From Escherichia coli (lineage in GTDB: Bacteria > Pseudomonadota > Gammaproteobacteria > Enterobacterales > Enterobacteriaceae): 64,000 nucleotides of DNA. The first letter of the stretch is position 1; each line of letters starts with the position of its first letter. The DNA lies in the NCBI RefSeq assembly GCF_003018115.1, contig NZ_CP027457.1; one strand, written 5' to 3'. Made by a program: the position numbers and the translations under genes. This document shows positions 49,792 through 63,000 of the stretch, piece by piece. The notes under the pieces were generated by a model. That model saw only the letters and a list, made by a program, of their open reading frames with translations, did no database searches and was not told the DNA's origin.

Positions 49792-51126
49792 ATGAATAAT
49801 GACAATACCGATTACGTGAGTAATGAATCAGGGACGCTTTCGCGATTATTTAAACTACCTCAGCATGGGACCACCGTCCGCACAGAATTGATTGCGGGGA
49901 TGACCACTTTTTTAACCATGGTGTACATCGTTTTTGTGAACCCGCAAATTCTCGGCGCGGCACAAATGGACCCGAAAGTGGTGTTTGTTACCACCTGTTT
50001 GATTGCCGGTATCGGCAGCATTGCGATGGGGATATTTGCTAACTTACCTGTGGCGCTGGCTCCGGCAATGGGGCTGAACGCCTTCTTTGCCTTCGTGGTC
50101 GTGGGGGCGATGGGTATCTCCTGGCAGACCGGGATGGGCGCGATATTCTGGGGCGCAATTGGGCTATTTTTGCTCACGCTGTTTCGTATCCGGTACTGGA
50201 TGATCTCCAACATTCCATTAAGTTTACGTATTGGTATCACCAGTGGAATCGGATTATTTATTGCCTTAATGGGATTAAAAAACACTGGCGTTATTGTCGC
50301 CAATAAAGACACCCTGGTGATGATTGGCGATTTAAGCTCTCACGGCGTGTTGTTAGGTATATTAGGTTTTTTTATTATAACCGTATTGTCATCACGTCAT
50401 TTTCATGCCGCGGTGCTGGTTTCCATCGTCGTCACTTCCTGCTGCGGATTATTTTTCGGTGATGTTCATTTTAGCGGCGTCTATTCCATTCCGCCTGATA
50501 TTAGCGGCGTCATTGGTGAAGTAGATTTGAGCGGCGCGTTAACACTTGAACTCGCCGGTATCATTTTCTCCTTTATGCTGATCAACCTATTTGATTCATC
50601 AGGAACATTAATTGGTGTAACTGATAAAGCTGGCTTAATAGATAGTAATGGTAAATTCCCCAATATGAATAAGGCGCTGTATGTTGATAGCGTCAGTTCG
50701 GTGGCGGGCGCGTTTATCGGTACCTCGTCTGTTACTGCCTATATTGAAAGTACTTCTGGTGTGGCAGTCGGTGGTCGCACGGGGCTAACGGCGGTTGTGG
50801 TTGGCATTATGTTCCTGTTGGTTATGTTCTTCTCACCGCTGGTGGCGATGGTTCCTCCTTACGCAACCGCCGGAGCGTTAATCTTTGTTGGCGTGCTGAT
50901 GACTTCGAGCCTGGCGCGCGTTAACTGGGATGATTTTACCGAATCGGTGCCTGCGTTTATTACCACGGTGATGATGCCCTTTACTTTCTCGATCACCGAA
51001 GGGATTGCACTCGGCTTTATGTCGTACTGCATCATGAAAGTGTGCACCGGGCGCTGGCGCGATCTGAACCTGTGTGTGGTGGTGGTCGCAGCTCTGTTTG
51101 CACTGAAGATTATTCTGGTGGATTAG
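49792..51126 (+). CDS. adeQ: Adenine permease AdeQ (YicO), NCS2 family
   Basis: ORF 49714..51126; from Met27 the product is MNNDNTDYVSNESGTLSRLFKLPQHGTTVRTELIAGMTTF..., 444 aa; divergent from ade. Confidence 0.85.
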   Translation: MNNDNTDYVSNESGTLSRLFKLPQHGTTVRTELIAGMTTFLTMVYIVFVNPQILGAAQMDPKVVFVTTCLIAGIGSIAMGIFANLPVALAPAMGLNAFFAFVVVGAMGISWQTGMGAIFWGAIGLFLLTLFRIRYWMISNIPLSLRIGITSGIGLFIALMGLKNTGVIVANKDTLVMIGDLSSHGVLLGILGFFIITVLSSRHFHAAVLVSIVVTSCCGLFFGDVHFSGVYSIPPDISGVIGEVDLSGALTLELAGIIFSFMLINLFDSSGTLIGVTDKAGLIDSNGKFPNMNKALYVDSVSSVAGAFIGTSSVTAYIESTSGVAVGGRTGLTAVVVGIMFLLVMFFSPLVAMVPPYATAGALIFVGVLMTSSLARVNWDDFTESVPAFITTVMMPFTFSITEGIALGFMSYCIMKVCTGRWRDLNLCVVVVAALFALKIILVD

Positions 51127-51178
51127 TAACTGGCGAGGGTTTCCAGATATCATGAGTTCTGATTACGCAGGAGAACTC

Positions 51179-51631
51179 ATGATCTGGATAATGCTCGCCA
51201 CGCTGGCGGTAGTGTTTGTGGTTGGTTTTCGGGTGCTGACATCCGGGGCCAGAAAAGCGATTCGCCGTCTCAGCGATCGGCTGAATATCGATGTCGTACC
51301 CGTGGAGTCGATGGTCGATCAAATGGGAAAGTCAGCCGGTGACGAATTTTTACGTTATTTGCATCGTCCGGATGAGTCGCACCTGCAAAACGCCGCGCAG
51401 GTGTTGCTCATCTGGCAAATTGTCATTGTCGATGGTAGCGAACAGAACCTGCTGCAATGGCATCGGATTTTACAAAAAGCCCGCCTTGCCGCGCCGATTA
51501 CCGATGCTCAGGTCAGGCTGGCGCTGGGTTTTCTGCGCGAAACCGAACCTGAAATGCAGGATATTAATGCTTTTCAGATGCGCTATAACGCATTCTTTCA
51601 ACCTGCCGAGGGCGTTCACTGGCTGCATTAA
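51179..51631 (+). CDS. yicN: Uncharacterised protein YicN (DUF1198)
   Basis: ORF 51152..51631; from Met10 (AGGAG Shine-Dalgarno upstream): MIWIMLATLAVVFVVGFRVLTSGARKAIRRL..., 150 aa. Confidence 0.8.
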   Translation: MIWIMLATLAVVFVVGFRVLTSGARKAIRRLSDRLNIDVVPVESMVDQMGKSAGDEFLRYLHRPDESHLQNAAQVLLIWQIVIVDGSEQNLLQWHRILQKARLAAPITDAQVRLALGFLRETEPEMQDINAFQMRYNAFFQPAEGVHWLH

Positions 51632-51639
51632 AACCGCTT

Positions 51640-51705
51640 CGTCTTATCAGCCTACAGACCGCGCCTGACCTGTCGAGTGGATAAGGCGTTCACGCCGCGT
51701 CCGGT
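51640..51705. repeat. REP-like palindromic element(s)
   Basis: ggataaggcgttcacgccgcgtccgg and an adjacent cttatcagcctaca half-site, typical REP sequences downstream of yicN. Confidence 0.45.
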
Positions 51706-51746
51706 ATCGGAACTGACAGTAGGTGAACGCATTATCTACTTTCTAT

Positions 51747-52070
51747 TTACAGCAGCACATCCAGCCCGTGTTTTTGCACAATGCTGAGCAGTTTTAATGA
51801 AATGCCATTGGGGCGTTTAGCGCCACTTTCCCATTTTTGTACAGTTGAAACGCTGGTATTGAGATAGTGAGCGAAGACGGGCTGACTCACTTTTAATTTT
51901 TCCCGCAGTGCTTTTATCTCAACAGGTTGTAAGTCTTGCACGCTGGTCAGGCAGGCTTTGTCAAAAGTACGCATTGTTTCGGCAGAAATAGCATCGACGC
52001 TGGACAATCCAGCCGCTGCGCTGTGAATAGCCTCAAATGCAGGACTTTTAAATTTAGTTTTTGCAGTCAT
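51747..52070 (-). CDS. Putative antitoxin with C-terminal XRE-type HTH (HigA-like)
   Basis: 107-aa ORF MTAKTKFKSPAFEAIHSAAAGLSSVDAISAETMRTFDKACLTSVQDLQPVEIKALREKLKVSQPVFAHYLNTSVSTVQKWESGAKRPNGISLKLLSIVQKHG; its ATG overlaps the stop of the upstream 119-aa gene by 17 nt. Confidence 0.6.
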   Translation of the reverse strand: MTAKTKFKSPAFEAIHSAAAGLSSVDAISAETMRTFDKACLTSVQDLQPVEIKALREKLKVSQPVFAHYLNTSVSTVQKWESGAKRPNGISLKLLSIVQKHGLDVLL

Positions 52071-52413
52071 AGCAGATCTCTGTCAGTTCTTTAGTGTTAA
52101 TCATTGCTGTTAGCTGGGCTTTCGTCAGGAAGGCATAATGCTTTGCAAGTTCACGAAACCCAGCCAGTTCCTGACTATTGATGTTCGACATATCCTGTTT
52201 TGCATATAAAAACGTGTAAAACCAATTGCTTCCCCCTTTTGCCAGAATAATTGCACGCTCACGATTTTGGTGAAGGCGCTTTTTAAAAACGCCACCACCA
52301 AGTGCATCAGCTTTACCTTGCTCCGTTTCTAAAATGGCCCGGCACAACTCTTCATCTGTTATTGCATGAGACCTGGCTTCCCTTGCAAACCATTTGGTTT
52401 TAAACACGCGCAT
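52054..52413 (-). CDS. Putative type II toxin (RelE/HigB superfamily, Gp49-like), encoded upstream of its antitoxin
   Basis: 119-aa ORF MRVFKTKWFAREARSHAITDEELCRAILETEQGKADALGGGVFKKRLHQNRERAIILAKGGSNWFYTFLYAKQD...; small and basic, paired with an HTH partner in toxin-first order. Confidence 0.55.
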   Translation of the reverse strand: MRVFKTKWFAREARSHAITDEELCRAILETEQGKADALGGGVFKKRLHQNRERAIILAKGGSNWFYTFLYAKQDMSNINSQELAGFRELAKHYAFLTKAQLTAMINTKELTEICYDCKN

Positions 52414-52640
52414 ATCGTTGAGGTCCTATTATTAAAGTATATCACCAAGTGCAATACTTTATCCCTTATTCCCAACCCAATCGCGAAAATGCATATCAGC
52501 TTGCCCTATGATTTTTATTTCTTCGAGCAGCCTCGAACTTTTCCCACAACACCGTAAAAGTTGCAAAAACGTTAAATGCATCACACATTTCAATGTTAAA
52601 GTGGTCGGCTTTTCCCCTGAAACATGCCACGGGTAACACC

Positions 52641-53825
52641 ATGAGTGAATTTATTGCCGAAAACCGCGGCGCGGATGCCATCACCCGACCGAACTGGTCA
52701 GCCGTTTTCTCGGTGGCGTTTTGCGTCGCCTGTCTGATTATCGTTGAGTTTTTGCCCGTCAGTTTGTTGACGCCAATGGCCCAGGATTTAGGCATTTCGG
52801 AAGGGGTTGCCGGGCAATCGGTGACCGTGACCGCCTTTGTGGCAATGTTTGCCAGTTTGTTTATTACCCAGACAATTCAGGCCACTGACCGCCGCTACGT
52901 TGTTATTTTGTTTGCCGTTTTGCTGACGCTCTCCTGTTTGCTGGTTTCCTTTGCTAACTCATTCAGTTTGCTTTTAATTGGTCGTGCCTGTCTGGGGCTG
53001 GCGCTGGGCGGGTTCTGGGCGATGTCGGCGTCGCTGACCATGCGTCTGGTGCCGCCGCGTACGGTGCCGAAGGCGCTGTCGGTGATCTTCGGTGCGGTTT
53101 CTATTGCGCTGGTGATTGCCGCGCCGTTGGGCAGTTTTTTAGGCGAGCTTATCGGTTGGCGCAATGTCTTTAATGCGGCGGCGGTGATGGGCGTGTTGTG
53201 TATTTTCTGGATTATCAAATCATTGCCTTCGCTGCCAGGCGAACCCTCGCATCAGAAACAAAATACTTTCCGCTTATTACAACGTCCGGGTGTGATGGCA
53301 GGGATGATCGCCATCTTCATGTCTTTCGCCGGGCAGTTTGCTTTCTTCACGTATATTCGCCCGGTGTATATGAACCTGGCGGGATTCAGCGTGGATGGCT
53401 TAACGCTGGTGCTGTTGAGTTTTGGCATTGCCAGCTTTATTGGTACGTCGCTTTCGTCGTTCATTCTTAAACGTTCGGTAAAACTGGCCTTAGCAGGCGC
53501 GCCGTTAATACTGGCTGTGAGTGCGTTGGTGCTGACGTTGTGGGGAAGCGATAAAATCGTTGCGACCGGCGTGGCGATTATCTGGGGGCTAACTTTTGCA
53601 TTGGTTCCTGTCGGCTGGTCAACGTGGATCACCCGCTCACTGGCCGATCAGGCAGAAAAAGCCGGGTCTATTCAGGTGGCGGTTATTCAGCTTGCTAATA
53701 CCTGTGGCGCGGCAATCGGCGGTTATGCGCTGGATAATATTGGTCTGACTTCGCCGTTGATGTTGTCCGGCACATTGATGTTGCTGACGGCGTTATTGGT
53801 CACCGCAAAGGTGAAAATGAAGTAA
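52641..53825 (+). CDS. nepI: Purine ribonucleoside efflux pump NepI (MFS)
   Basis: ORF 52593..53825; from Met17 the product is [55 protein letters not shown]..., 12-TM MFS. Confidence 0.9.
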   Translation: MSEFIAENRGADAITRPNWSAVFSVAFCVACLIIVEFLPVSLLTPMAQDLGISEGVAGQSVTVTAFVAMFASLFITQTIQATDRRYVVILFAVLLTLSCLLVSFANSFSLLLIGRACLGLALGGFWAMSASLTMRLVPPRTVPKALSVIFGAVSIALVIAAPLGSFLGELIGWRNVFNAAAVMGVLCIFWIIKSLPSLPGEPSHQKQNTFRLLQRPGVMAGMIAIFMSFAGQFAFFTYIRPVYMNLAGFSVDGLTLVLLSFGIASFIGTSLSSFILKRSVKLALAGAPLILAVSALVLTLWGSDKIVATGVAIIWGLTFALVPVGWSTWITRSLADQAEKAGSIQVAVIQLANTCGAAIGGYALDNIGLTSPLMLSGTLMLLTALLVTAKVKMK

Positions 53826-54026
53826 CGTATTTACAGGAGGGTTATTGCTCTGGCGGGAAAGCTCTCCTGTTCTGCCCCCTGATAACCCTTGATCAGGTAT
53901 TGTTCTTATCTTGTTGTTATTTCCATTATTCCGCCTGTATTCATCATTTGCTAATCATGAATCATCATTTTCCCTCATGTTAAAGAAAGGTCATTTAATC
54001 TGAACGCATAGCGACAGGGATGACAA

Positions 54027-57000
54027 ATGGCAGGGAAAGCGCATGGGAACGGCGATCGTCGGGGCGATAACACCATATGTGGATTGGGGGATCGTTTACG
54101 TCGTCTGACCGCCGGTATTTGCCTGATAACACAAACTATATTCCCTGTTATGGCCGCTGCCCCTACGCATATTAACCATGCGCATTCGGATACTGCCACG
54201 TCACTGATCCTGCCGAACGTTAAAACTATTCCATATACCCTGGGGGCATTGGAATCGCCATCAACGGTCGCGGCACGCTTTGGTATCACCGTTGATGAAT
54301 TACGTCGCCTGAATCAGTTTCGTACCTTTGCGCGGGGCTTTGACAATGTGCGTCAGGGCGATGAAATAGATGTGCCCCTCATTAACAGTAATAGCCTCGA
54401 AGCGCGCAACTTGAAAGCAATGCAGATGGAGCGCGACGGCAAAGATCCGCAAATGCAGGTCGCGGAAGTGGCGCAGCAAAGCGGAACACTTTTAGCTCGC
54501 GATATGGACAGCGAACAGGCGGCGAGTATGGCGCGTGGCTGGGTGGCTTCTTCTGCATCTGCGCAGGCAACGGACTGGCTCAGTCGTTGGGGAACTGCCC
54601 GGGTATCTCTTGGTGTGGATGAAGATTTCAGCCTTAAAAGCTCGTCATTTGAATTTCTCCATCCCTGGTACGAAACGCCGGATAACCTGGTCTTCAGCCA
54701 GCACACACTTCACCGTACGGATGATCGCACTCAAACCAACCACGGTATCGGCTGGCGTTACTTCACCCCGAGCTGGATGTCTGGCGTCAATATGTTTATC
54801 GATCATGACCTGACCCGCTATCACACCCGAACCGGGATGGGCGTTGAATACTGGCGCGATTACCTGAAACTGAGCGGCAACGGTTATCTGCGCCTCAGTA
54901 ACTGGCGTAGTGCACCGGAACTGGACAATGACTATGAAGCACGTCCGGCGAACGGTTGGGATCTTCGCGCTGAAGGCTGGTTACCGGCCTGGCCGCAGCT
55001 GGGCGGCAAGCTGGTCTATGAACAATATTATGGCGATGAAGTGGCGCTGTTTGGTAAAGACGAGCGACAAAACGATCCTCACGCGATTACCGCAGGTTTG
55101 AGTTACACCCCCGTTCCTCTGATCTCCTTTAGTGCCGAGCAACGGCAGGGCAAACAGGGAGAAAACGACACCCGAATTGGTATGGAGTTGACGTTGCAAC
55201 CTGGTCATTCACTGCAAAAACAGCTCGATCCAGCTGAAGTTGCAGCTCGGCGCAGCCTTGTGGGCAGTCGCTATGACCTGGTCGATCGTAATAACAATAT
55301 CGTCCTCGAATATCGCAAGAAAGAGCTGGTACGGCTGACGCTGACCGATCCGCTGAAAGGCAAGCCGGGTGAGGTTAAATCGCTGGTTTCTTCCTTACAG
55401 ACCAAATATGCGCTGAAAGGTTATGACATTGAAGCCGCCGCCCTGCAATCAGCGGGCGGAAAAGTAGCAGTTTCCGGCAAGGATATTCAGGTCACTATTC
55501 CTCCTTACCGATTCACGGCAATGCCTGAAACCGACAACACTTACCCGATAGCGGTTACAGCGGAAGATTCGAAAGGAAATTTCTCCCGGCGTGAAGAAAG
55601 TATGGTGGTCGTGGAAAAATCCACACTAAGCCTCGCCGATTCAACGCTTTCTGTCGATCTGCAAATCCTGCTTGCTGATGGAAAATCAACCTCAACGCTG
55701 ACCTATACCGCGCGAGATTCCAGCGGCAAGCCGATCCCCGGTATGACGTTAAAAACACAGGCAAAAGGTTTGCAGGATTTCGCCTTAAGCGAATGGAAAG
55801 ACAACGGTAACGGAACCTATACCCAAATAGTTACCGCCGGGAAGACGTCTGGCGCGTTATCGCTGATGCCGCAATTTAACGGCGACGATATCGCTAAGAC
55901 GCCAGCGCTGATTGCCATTGTAGCGAATACGGCATCCCGTGCTGACTCCACGATTGAGACAGACCAGGATAATTACGTCGCGGGTAAGCCGATAGTCGTT
56001 AAAGTGACCCTGAGAGATGATAACGGCAACGGGGTTACCGGAAGAAAAGAACTTCTCAAACAAACCGTTAAAGTAGACAACACGAAGGCTGATGCTGTTA
56101 GTGCCTGGACGGAAGAAAGTGAGGGAATTTACAAAGCAAGCTATACGGCCCATCTCATTGGCGACAAATTAACGGCCCAGCTAACGATGCCCGGCTGGCA
56201 AACCAAACATTCGGATGCGTTCAGTATTGCGGGTGATAAAGATACCGCCAAAATCGCTGCGATGCAGATCACCGCGAATAACGCAGTTGCCAGACGCGAT
56301 CACAATACCGTCGCTGTGACGGTCAGGGATGTGCATCAAAATTTACTGCAGGGACAAAATGTTACCTTCACGGTCGTGAATGGTGCGGCGGTTTTTGCCG
56401 ATCCAAACGGCGGTATTGTGACGACAGATAAAGACGGAATTGCCAGCGTTAACCTTGCCAGTGACCAGGCGGTAAACAGTCTTATCAAGGCCGAGATCAA
56501 TGGCAGTAGTCAGTCTGTGGAAGTGAGCTTTATCACTGGCGATATCTCGCAGCTGACCTCCACCATCAAGACGGACGATGTGTCATACACTGCGGGTGGC
56601 AAGATAAAAGTGTCCGTCACCCTTATGGATGAGCAGAAAAACCAGGTGAAAGGGATGGCTTCGCTGCTCGCGGGTAGCGGTGTGGTCGAGGTGAGCGGTA
56701 CAGATAAAAATGAAACGGGTAACTGGAGCGAAGAGTCTGACGGCGTTTATACCACCACCCGAACCGCGAAGATTGCTGGCGATCGCCATTACGCCACGCT
56801 GAAACTATCGACATGGAGTAGCGCGCAGCAATCCGATGCGTATGCCATCCGCGAAAGCGGAGCTGTGCTGGCTTATTCCTCCATCGTTACCGACAAAACG
56901 ACCTACACCGCGGGCGGTGCGATAAAAGTTACGGTGACACTCAAGGATAGCTATGAAAACCTGGTCGGGGGGCAACGAGACGCTATCAACCTGGCTATCC

Positions 57001-60000
57001 AGCTGCCAAATACAAAAGCGGAAAGCATCGCCTGGAATGAAGATCAAAAAGGAATTTATACCGCAACGTATACCGCCTTACTCCCTGGCACCGGTTTAAA
57101 AGCACAGCTACAGATGTCCGGCTGGGCGAACGCTCTGACTTCAAATGATTACAGTATTAGTGGCGATGCCGCCAGCGCACAAATTGTCGCGATGCAAGTG
57201 ACAACGGGTAACCCGGATGTGCTGGCAAATGGCAGCGATCGACATACGGTGAATGTCCGGGTGGAAGATCAGTTTGGCAATGTGCTGCCGGAGCAGACCG
57301 TCACCTTTACGGTGACGAAGGGGGCGGCTGTATTTGCCAATGCAGGGCAGAGCGCAGATATCAGGACGGATGCGCATGGTATGGCAGAGGTTGATCTGAG
57401 CAGTACCGTAGCGGATGCCAGCACTGTTGAGGCTAAGGTCAATCAAAGCAGCGATAGTAAAACGGTGAACTTTGTTGCTGATGTCAGCACGGCGCAGATC
57501 GCTGATCTGGTGGTCATTAAGGATGGCTCAGTGGCAGACGGTTCGACGGCGAACACGCTGCGGGTGAGGGTGACGGATGCGTTCGGTAATGCGCTGGGCG
57601 GGCAGACGGTCAGCGTGTTGGCGGACAACAGCGCAACGGTCGCTCCGACGGTTATCACCGAGCCGGACGGGACGGTGGAGATCTCTGTTACCAGCCAGAC
57701 GGCGGGAGTCAGTGCGGTCACCGCCAGTATCAACAACAGCAGCCTGAGCCGGAACGTGACGTTTGTTGCCGATGTCAGGACGGCGAAGATCGCTGATCTG
57801 GTGGTGATGCAGGACGGCTCAGTGGCAGATGGCACGACGGCGAACACGCTGCGGGCGAGGGTGACCGATGCGTTCGGCAATGCGCTTGCCGGGCAGACGG
57901 TCAGCGTGACTGCAGGCAACAGCGCAACGGTCGCTTCGACAGTGACCACAAAGCCGGACGGCACGGTGGAGATCAGTGTCACCAGCCAGACGGCGGGGAT
58001 CAGTACAGTCACTGCAACCATCAACAGCAGCAGTCAGAGCCGGAACGTGACGTTTGTCGCGGATGTCAGGACGGCGAAGATCGCTGATCTGGAGGTCATT
58101 AAGGATGGTTCAGAGGCGGACGGTGCGACGGCGAACACGCTGCGTGCGAGGGTAACCGATGCATTCGGAAATACGCTTGCCGGACAGACGGTCAGCGTGT
58201 TGGCAGGCAACGGCGCAACGGTCGCTCCGACGGTTATCACCGAGCCGGACGGGACGGTGGAGATCAGTGTCACCAGCCAGACTGCCGGAATCAGTGCAGT
58301 CACTGCAACCATCAACAGCAGTAGTCAGAGTCAGAACGTGACGTTTGTCGCGGATGTCAGGACGGCGAAGATCGCTGATCTGGAGGTCATTAAGGATGGT
58401 TCAGAGGCGGACGGTGCGACGGCGAACACGCTGCGTGCGAGGGTAACCGATGCGTTCGGCAATGCGCTTGCCGGGCAGACGGTCAGCGTGACTGCAGGCA
58501 ACAGCGCAACGGTCGCTTCGACGGTGACCACAAAGCCGGACGGGACGGTGGAGATCAGTGTCACCAGTCAGACGGCGGGGAGCAGTACAGTCACTGCCAG
58601 CATCAACAGCAGCAGCCTGAGCCGGGATGTGACGTTTATTGCGGATGTCAGGACGGCGCAGATCGCGGAGCTGGTGGTCATTAAGGATGGTTCAGAGGCG
58701 GACGGTGCGACGGCGAATACGCTGCGGGCGAGGGTGACCGATGCGTTCGGCAATGCGCTGGGCGGGCAGACGGTCAGCGTGTTGGCGGACAACGGCGCAA
58801 CGGTGTCTCCGACGGTTACCACAGAGTCGGACGGGACGGTGGAGATCAGTGTCACCAGCCAGACTGCCGGAATCAGTGCAGTCACTGCAACCATCAACAG
58901 CAGTAGTCAGAGTCAGAACGTGACGTTTGTCGCGGATGTCAGGACGGCGAAGATCGCTGATCTGGAGGTCATTAAGGATGGTTCAGAGGCGGACGGTGCG
59001 ACGGCGAACACGCTGCGTGCGAGGGTAACCGATGCGTTCGGCAATGCGCTTGCCGGGCAGACGGTCAGCGTGACTGCAGGCAACAGCGCAACGGTCGCTT
59101 CGACGGTGACCACAAAGCCGGACGGGACGGTGGAGATCAGTGTCACCAGTCAGACGGTGGGGAGCAGTACAGTCACTGCCAGCATCAACAGCAGCAGCCT
59201 GAGCCGGGATGTGACGTTTATTGCGGATGTCAGGACGGCGCAGATCGCGGAGCTGGTGGTCATTAAGGATGGTTCAGAGGCGGACGGTGCGACGGCGAAT
59301 ACGCTGCGGGCGAGGGTGACCGATGCGTTCGGCAATGCGCTGGGCGGGCAGACGGTCAGCGTGTTGGCGGACAACGGCGCAACGGTGTCTCCGACGGTTA
59401 CCACAGAGTCGGACGGGACGGTGGAGATCAGTCTCACCAGCCAGACGGCGGGCACCAGTGTGGTCACTGCCAGCATCAACAACAGCAGCCTGAGCCAGAG
59501 CGTGACATTTATTGCCGATGTCAGGACGGCGAAGATCGCGGATCTGGTGGTCATTAAGGACGGCTCAGTGGCAGATGGCGCGACGGCGAACACGCTGCGG
59601 GTGAGGGTCACCGATGCATTCGGCAATGCGCTTGCCGGGCAGACGGTCAGCGTGTTGTCGGACAACGGCGCAACGACTGCCCCGACGGTGAGCACAGAGC
59701 CGGACGGGACGGTGGAGATCAGTGTCACCAGCCAGACTGCCGGAATCAGTGCAGTCACTGCAACCATCAACAGCAGTAGTCAGAGTCAGAACGTGACGTT
59801 TGTCGCGGATGTCAGGACGGCGAAGATCGCTGATCTGGAGGTCATTAAGGATGGTTCAGAGGCGGACGGTGCGACGGCGAACACGCTGCGTGCGAGGGTA
59901 ACCGATGCGTTCGGCAATGCGCTTGCCGGGCAGACGGTCAGCGTGACTGCAGGCAACAGCGCAACGGTCGCTTCGACGGTGACCACAAAGCCGGACGGGA

Positions 60001-63000
60001 CGGTGGAGATCAGTGTCACCAGTCAGACGGCGGGGAGCAGTACAGTCACTGCCAGCATCAACAGCAGCAGCCTGAGCCGGGATGTGACGTTTATTGCGGA
60101 TGTCAGGACGGCGCAGATCGCGGAGCTGGTGGTCATTAAGGATGGTTCAGAGGCGGACGGTGCGACGGCGAATACGCTGCGGGCGAGGGTGACCGATGCA
60201 TTCGGAAATACGCTTGCCGGACAGACGGTCAGCGTGTTGGCAGGCAACGGCGCAACGGTCGCTCCGACGGTTATCACCGAGCCGGACGGGACGGTGGAGA
60301 TCAGTGTCACCAGCCAGACTGCCGGAATCAGTGCAGTCACTGCAACCATCAACAGCAGTAGTCAGAGTCAGAACGTGACGTTTGTCGCGGATGTCAGGAC
60401 GGCGAAGATCGCTGATCTGGAGGTCATTAAGGATGGTTCAGAGGCGGACGGTGCGACGGCGAACACGCTGCGTGCGAGGGTAACCGATGCGTTCGGCAAT
60501 GCGCTTGCCGGGCAGACGGTCAGCGTGACTGCAGGCAACAGCGCAACGGTCGCTTCGACGGTGACCACAAAGCCGGACGGGACGGTGGAGATCAGTGTCA
60601 CCAGTCAGACGGCGGGGAGCAGTACAGTCACTGCCAGCATCAACAGCAGCAGCCTGAGCCGGGATGTGACGTTTATTGCGGATGTCAGGACGGCGAAGAT
60701 CGCTGATCTGGAGGTCATTAAGGATGGTTCAGAGGCGGACGGTGCGACGGCGAACACGCTGCGTGCGAGGGTAACCGATGCGTTCGGCAATGCGCTTGCC
60801 GGGCAGACGGTCAGCGTGACTGCAGGCAACAGCGCAACGGTCGCTTCGACGGTGACCACAAAGCCGGACGGGACGGTGGAGATCAGTGTCACCAGTCAGA
60901 CGGCGGGGAGCAGTACAGTCACTGCCAGCATCAACAGCAGCAGCCTGAGCCGGGATGTGACGTTTATTGCGGATGTCAGGACGGCGCAGATCGCGGAGCT
61001 GGTGGTCATTAAGGATGGTTCAGAGGCGGACGGTGCGACGGCGAATACGCTGCGGGCGAGGGTGACCGATGCGTTCGGCAATGCGCTGGGCGGGCAGACG
61101 GTCAGCGTGTTGGCGGACAACGGCGCAACGGTCGCTTCGACGGTGACCACAAAGCCGGACGGGACGGTGGAGATCAGTGTCACCAGCCAGACGGCGGGCA
61201 CCAGTGTGGTCACTGTCAGCATCAACAACAGCAGCCAGAGCCGGAACGTGACATTTATCGCCGATGTCAGGACGGCGAAGATCGCTGAACTGGAGGTCAT
61301 TCGGGATAACGCGGTGGCAGACGGTTCGACGGCGAACACGCTGCGGGCGAGGGTAACCGATGCGTTCGGTAATGCGCTTGCCGGGCAGACGGTCAGCGTG
61401 TTGGCGGATAACGGCGCAACGGTCGCTCCGACGGTCATCACAGGGCCGGACGGTACGGTGGAAATCAGTGTCACCAGCCAGACGGCGGGCACCAGTGTGG
61501 TCACTGCCAGCATCAACAACAGCAGCCTGAGCCAGAGCGTGATGTTTGTCGCCGATATCAGGACGGCGCAGATCGCGGATCTGGTGGTCATTAAGGATGG
61601 TTCAGAGGCGGACGGTTCGACGGCGAACACGCTGCGGGCGAGGGTGACCGATGCGTTCGGCAATGCGCTTGCCGGGCAGACGGTCAGCGTGACGACGGAC
61701 AACGGCGCAACGACTGCCCCGACGGTGAGCACAGAGCCGGACGGCACGGTGGAAATCAGTGTCACCAGCCAGACGGCGGGGATCAGTACAGTCACTGCAA
61801 CCATCAACAACAGCACCCTGAGTCAGAACGTGACATTTATCGCCGATGTCAGAACGGCGCAGATCGCGAGTCTGGAGGTGACGCAGGATAACGCCGTGGC
61901 TGACGGCGCAATGGCGGATATGCTGCGGGCGAGGGTCACCGATGCGTTCGGTAATACGCTTGCCGGGCAGACGGTCAGCGTGATGGCGGACAACGGTGCA
62001 GCGGTCGCTTCGACGATGACCACAAAGCCGGACGGCACGGTGGAGATCAGTGTCACCAGCCAGACGGCAGGAATCAGTGTGGTCACCGCCAGCATCAACA
62101 GCAGCAGTCAGAGCCGGGATGTGACGTTTATCGCCGATATCAGGACGGCGCAGATCGCGGACCTGGTGGTCATTAAGGACGGCTCAGTGGCTGACGGCGC
62201 AATGGCGAATAAGCTGCGGGCGAGGGTCACCGATGCGTTCGGTAATGCACTTGCCGGGCAGACGGTCAGCGTGTTCGCAGGCAACGGTGCCACGACTGCT
62301 CCGACGGTCACCACGCAGCCGGACGGCACGGTGGAGATCTCTGTCACCAGCCAGACGGCAGGCACCAGTGCGGTCACTGCCAGCATTAACAGCAGCAGCC
62401 AGAGCCGGGATGTGACGTTTATCGCCGATGTCAGAACGGCGAAGATCGCTGATCTGGTGGTCATTAAGGACGGCTCAGTGGCAGACGGCGCAATGGCGAA
62501 CACGCTGCAGGTGAAGGTCACCGATGCGTTCGGCAATGCGCTTGGCGGACAGACGGTCAGCGTGACGGCAGGCAACAGCGCAACGGTCACTCCGACGGTC
62601 ACCACGCAGTCGGACGGTACGGTGGAGATCAGTGTCACCAGTCAGACGGCGGGGATCAGTACAGTCACTGCCAGCATCAACAACAGCAGCCTGAGCCGGA
62701 ACGTGACGTTTGTCGCGGATGTCAGGACGGCGCAGATCGCGGATCTGGTGGTCATTAAGGACGACTCAGTGGCCGACGGTGCAATGGCGAATATTCTGCG
62801 GGCGAGGGTGACCGATGCGTTCGGTAATACGCTTGCCGGGCAGACGGTCAGCGTGTTGTCGGACAACGGTGCAACGGTCGCTTCGACGATGACCACAAAG
62901 CCGGATGGCACGGTGGAGATCAGTGTCACCAGCCAGACGGCGGGGATCAGTACGGTCACTGCAACCATCAACAACAGCAGCCTGAGCCGGGACGTGACAT

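Noticed and set aside
53975-54289. 104-aa minus-strand ORF overlapping the adhesin start
   Set aside because: Antisense to the signal and LysM-coding part of the adhesin; no independent support.
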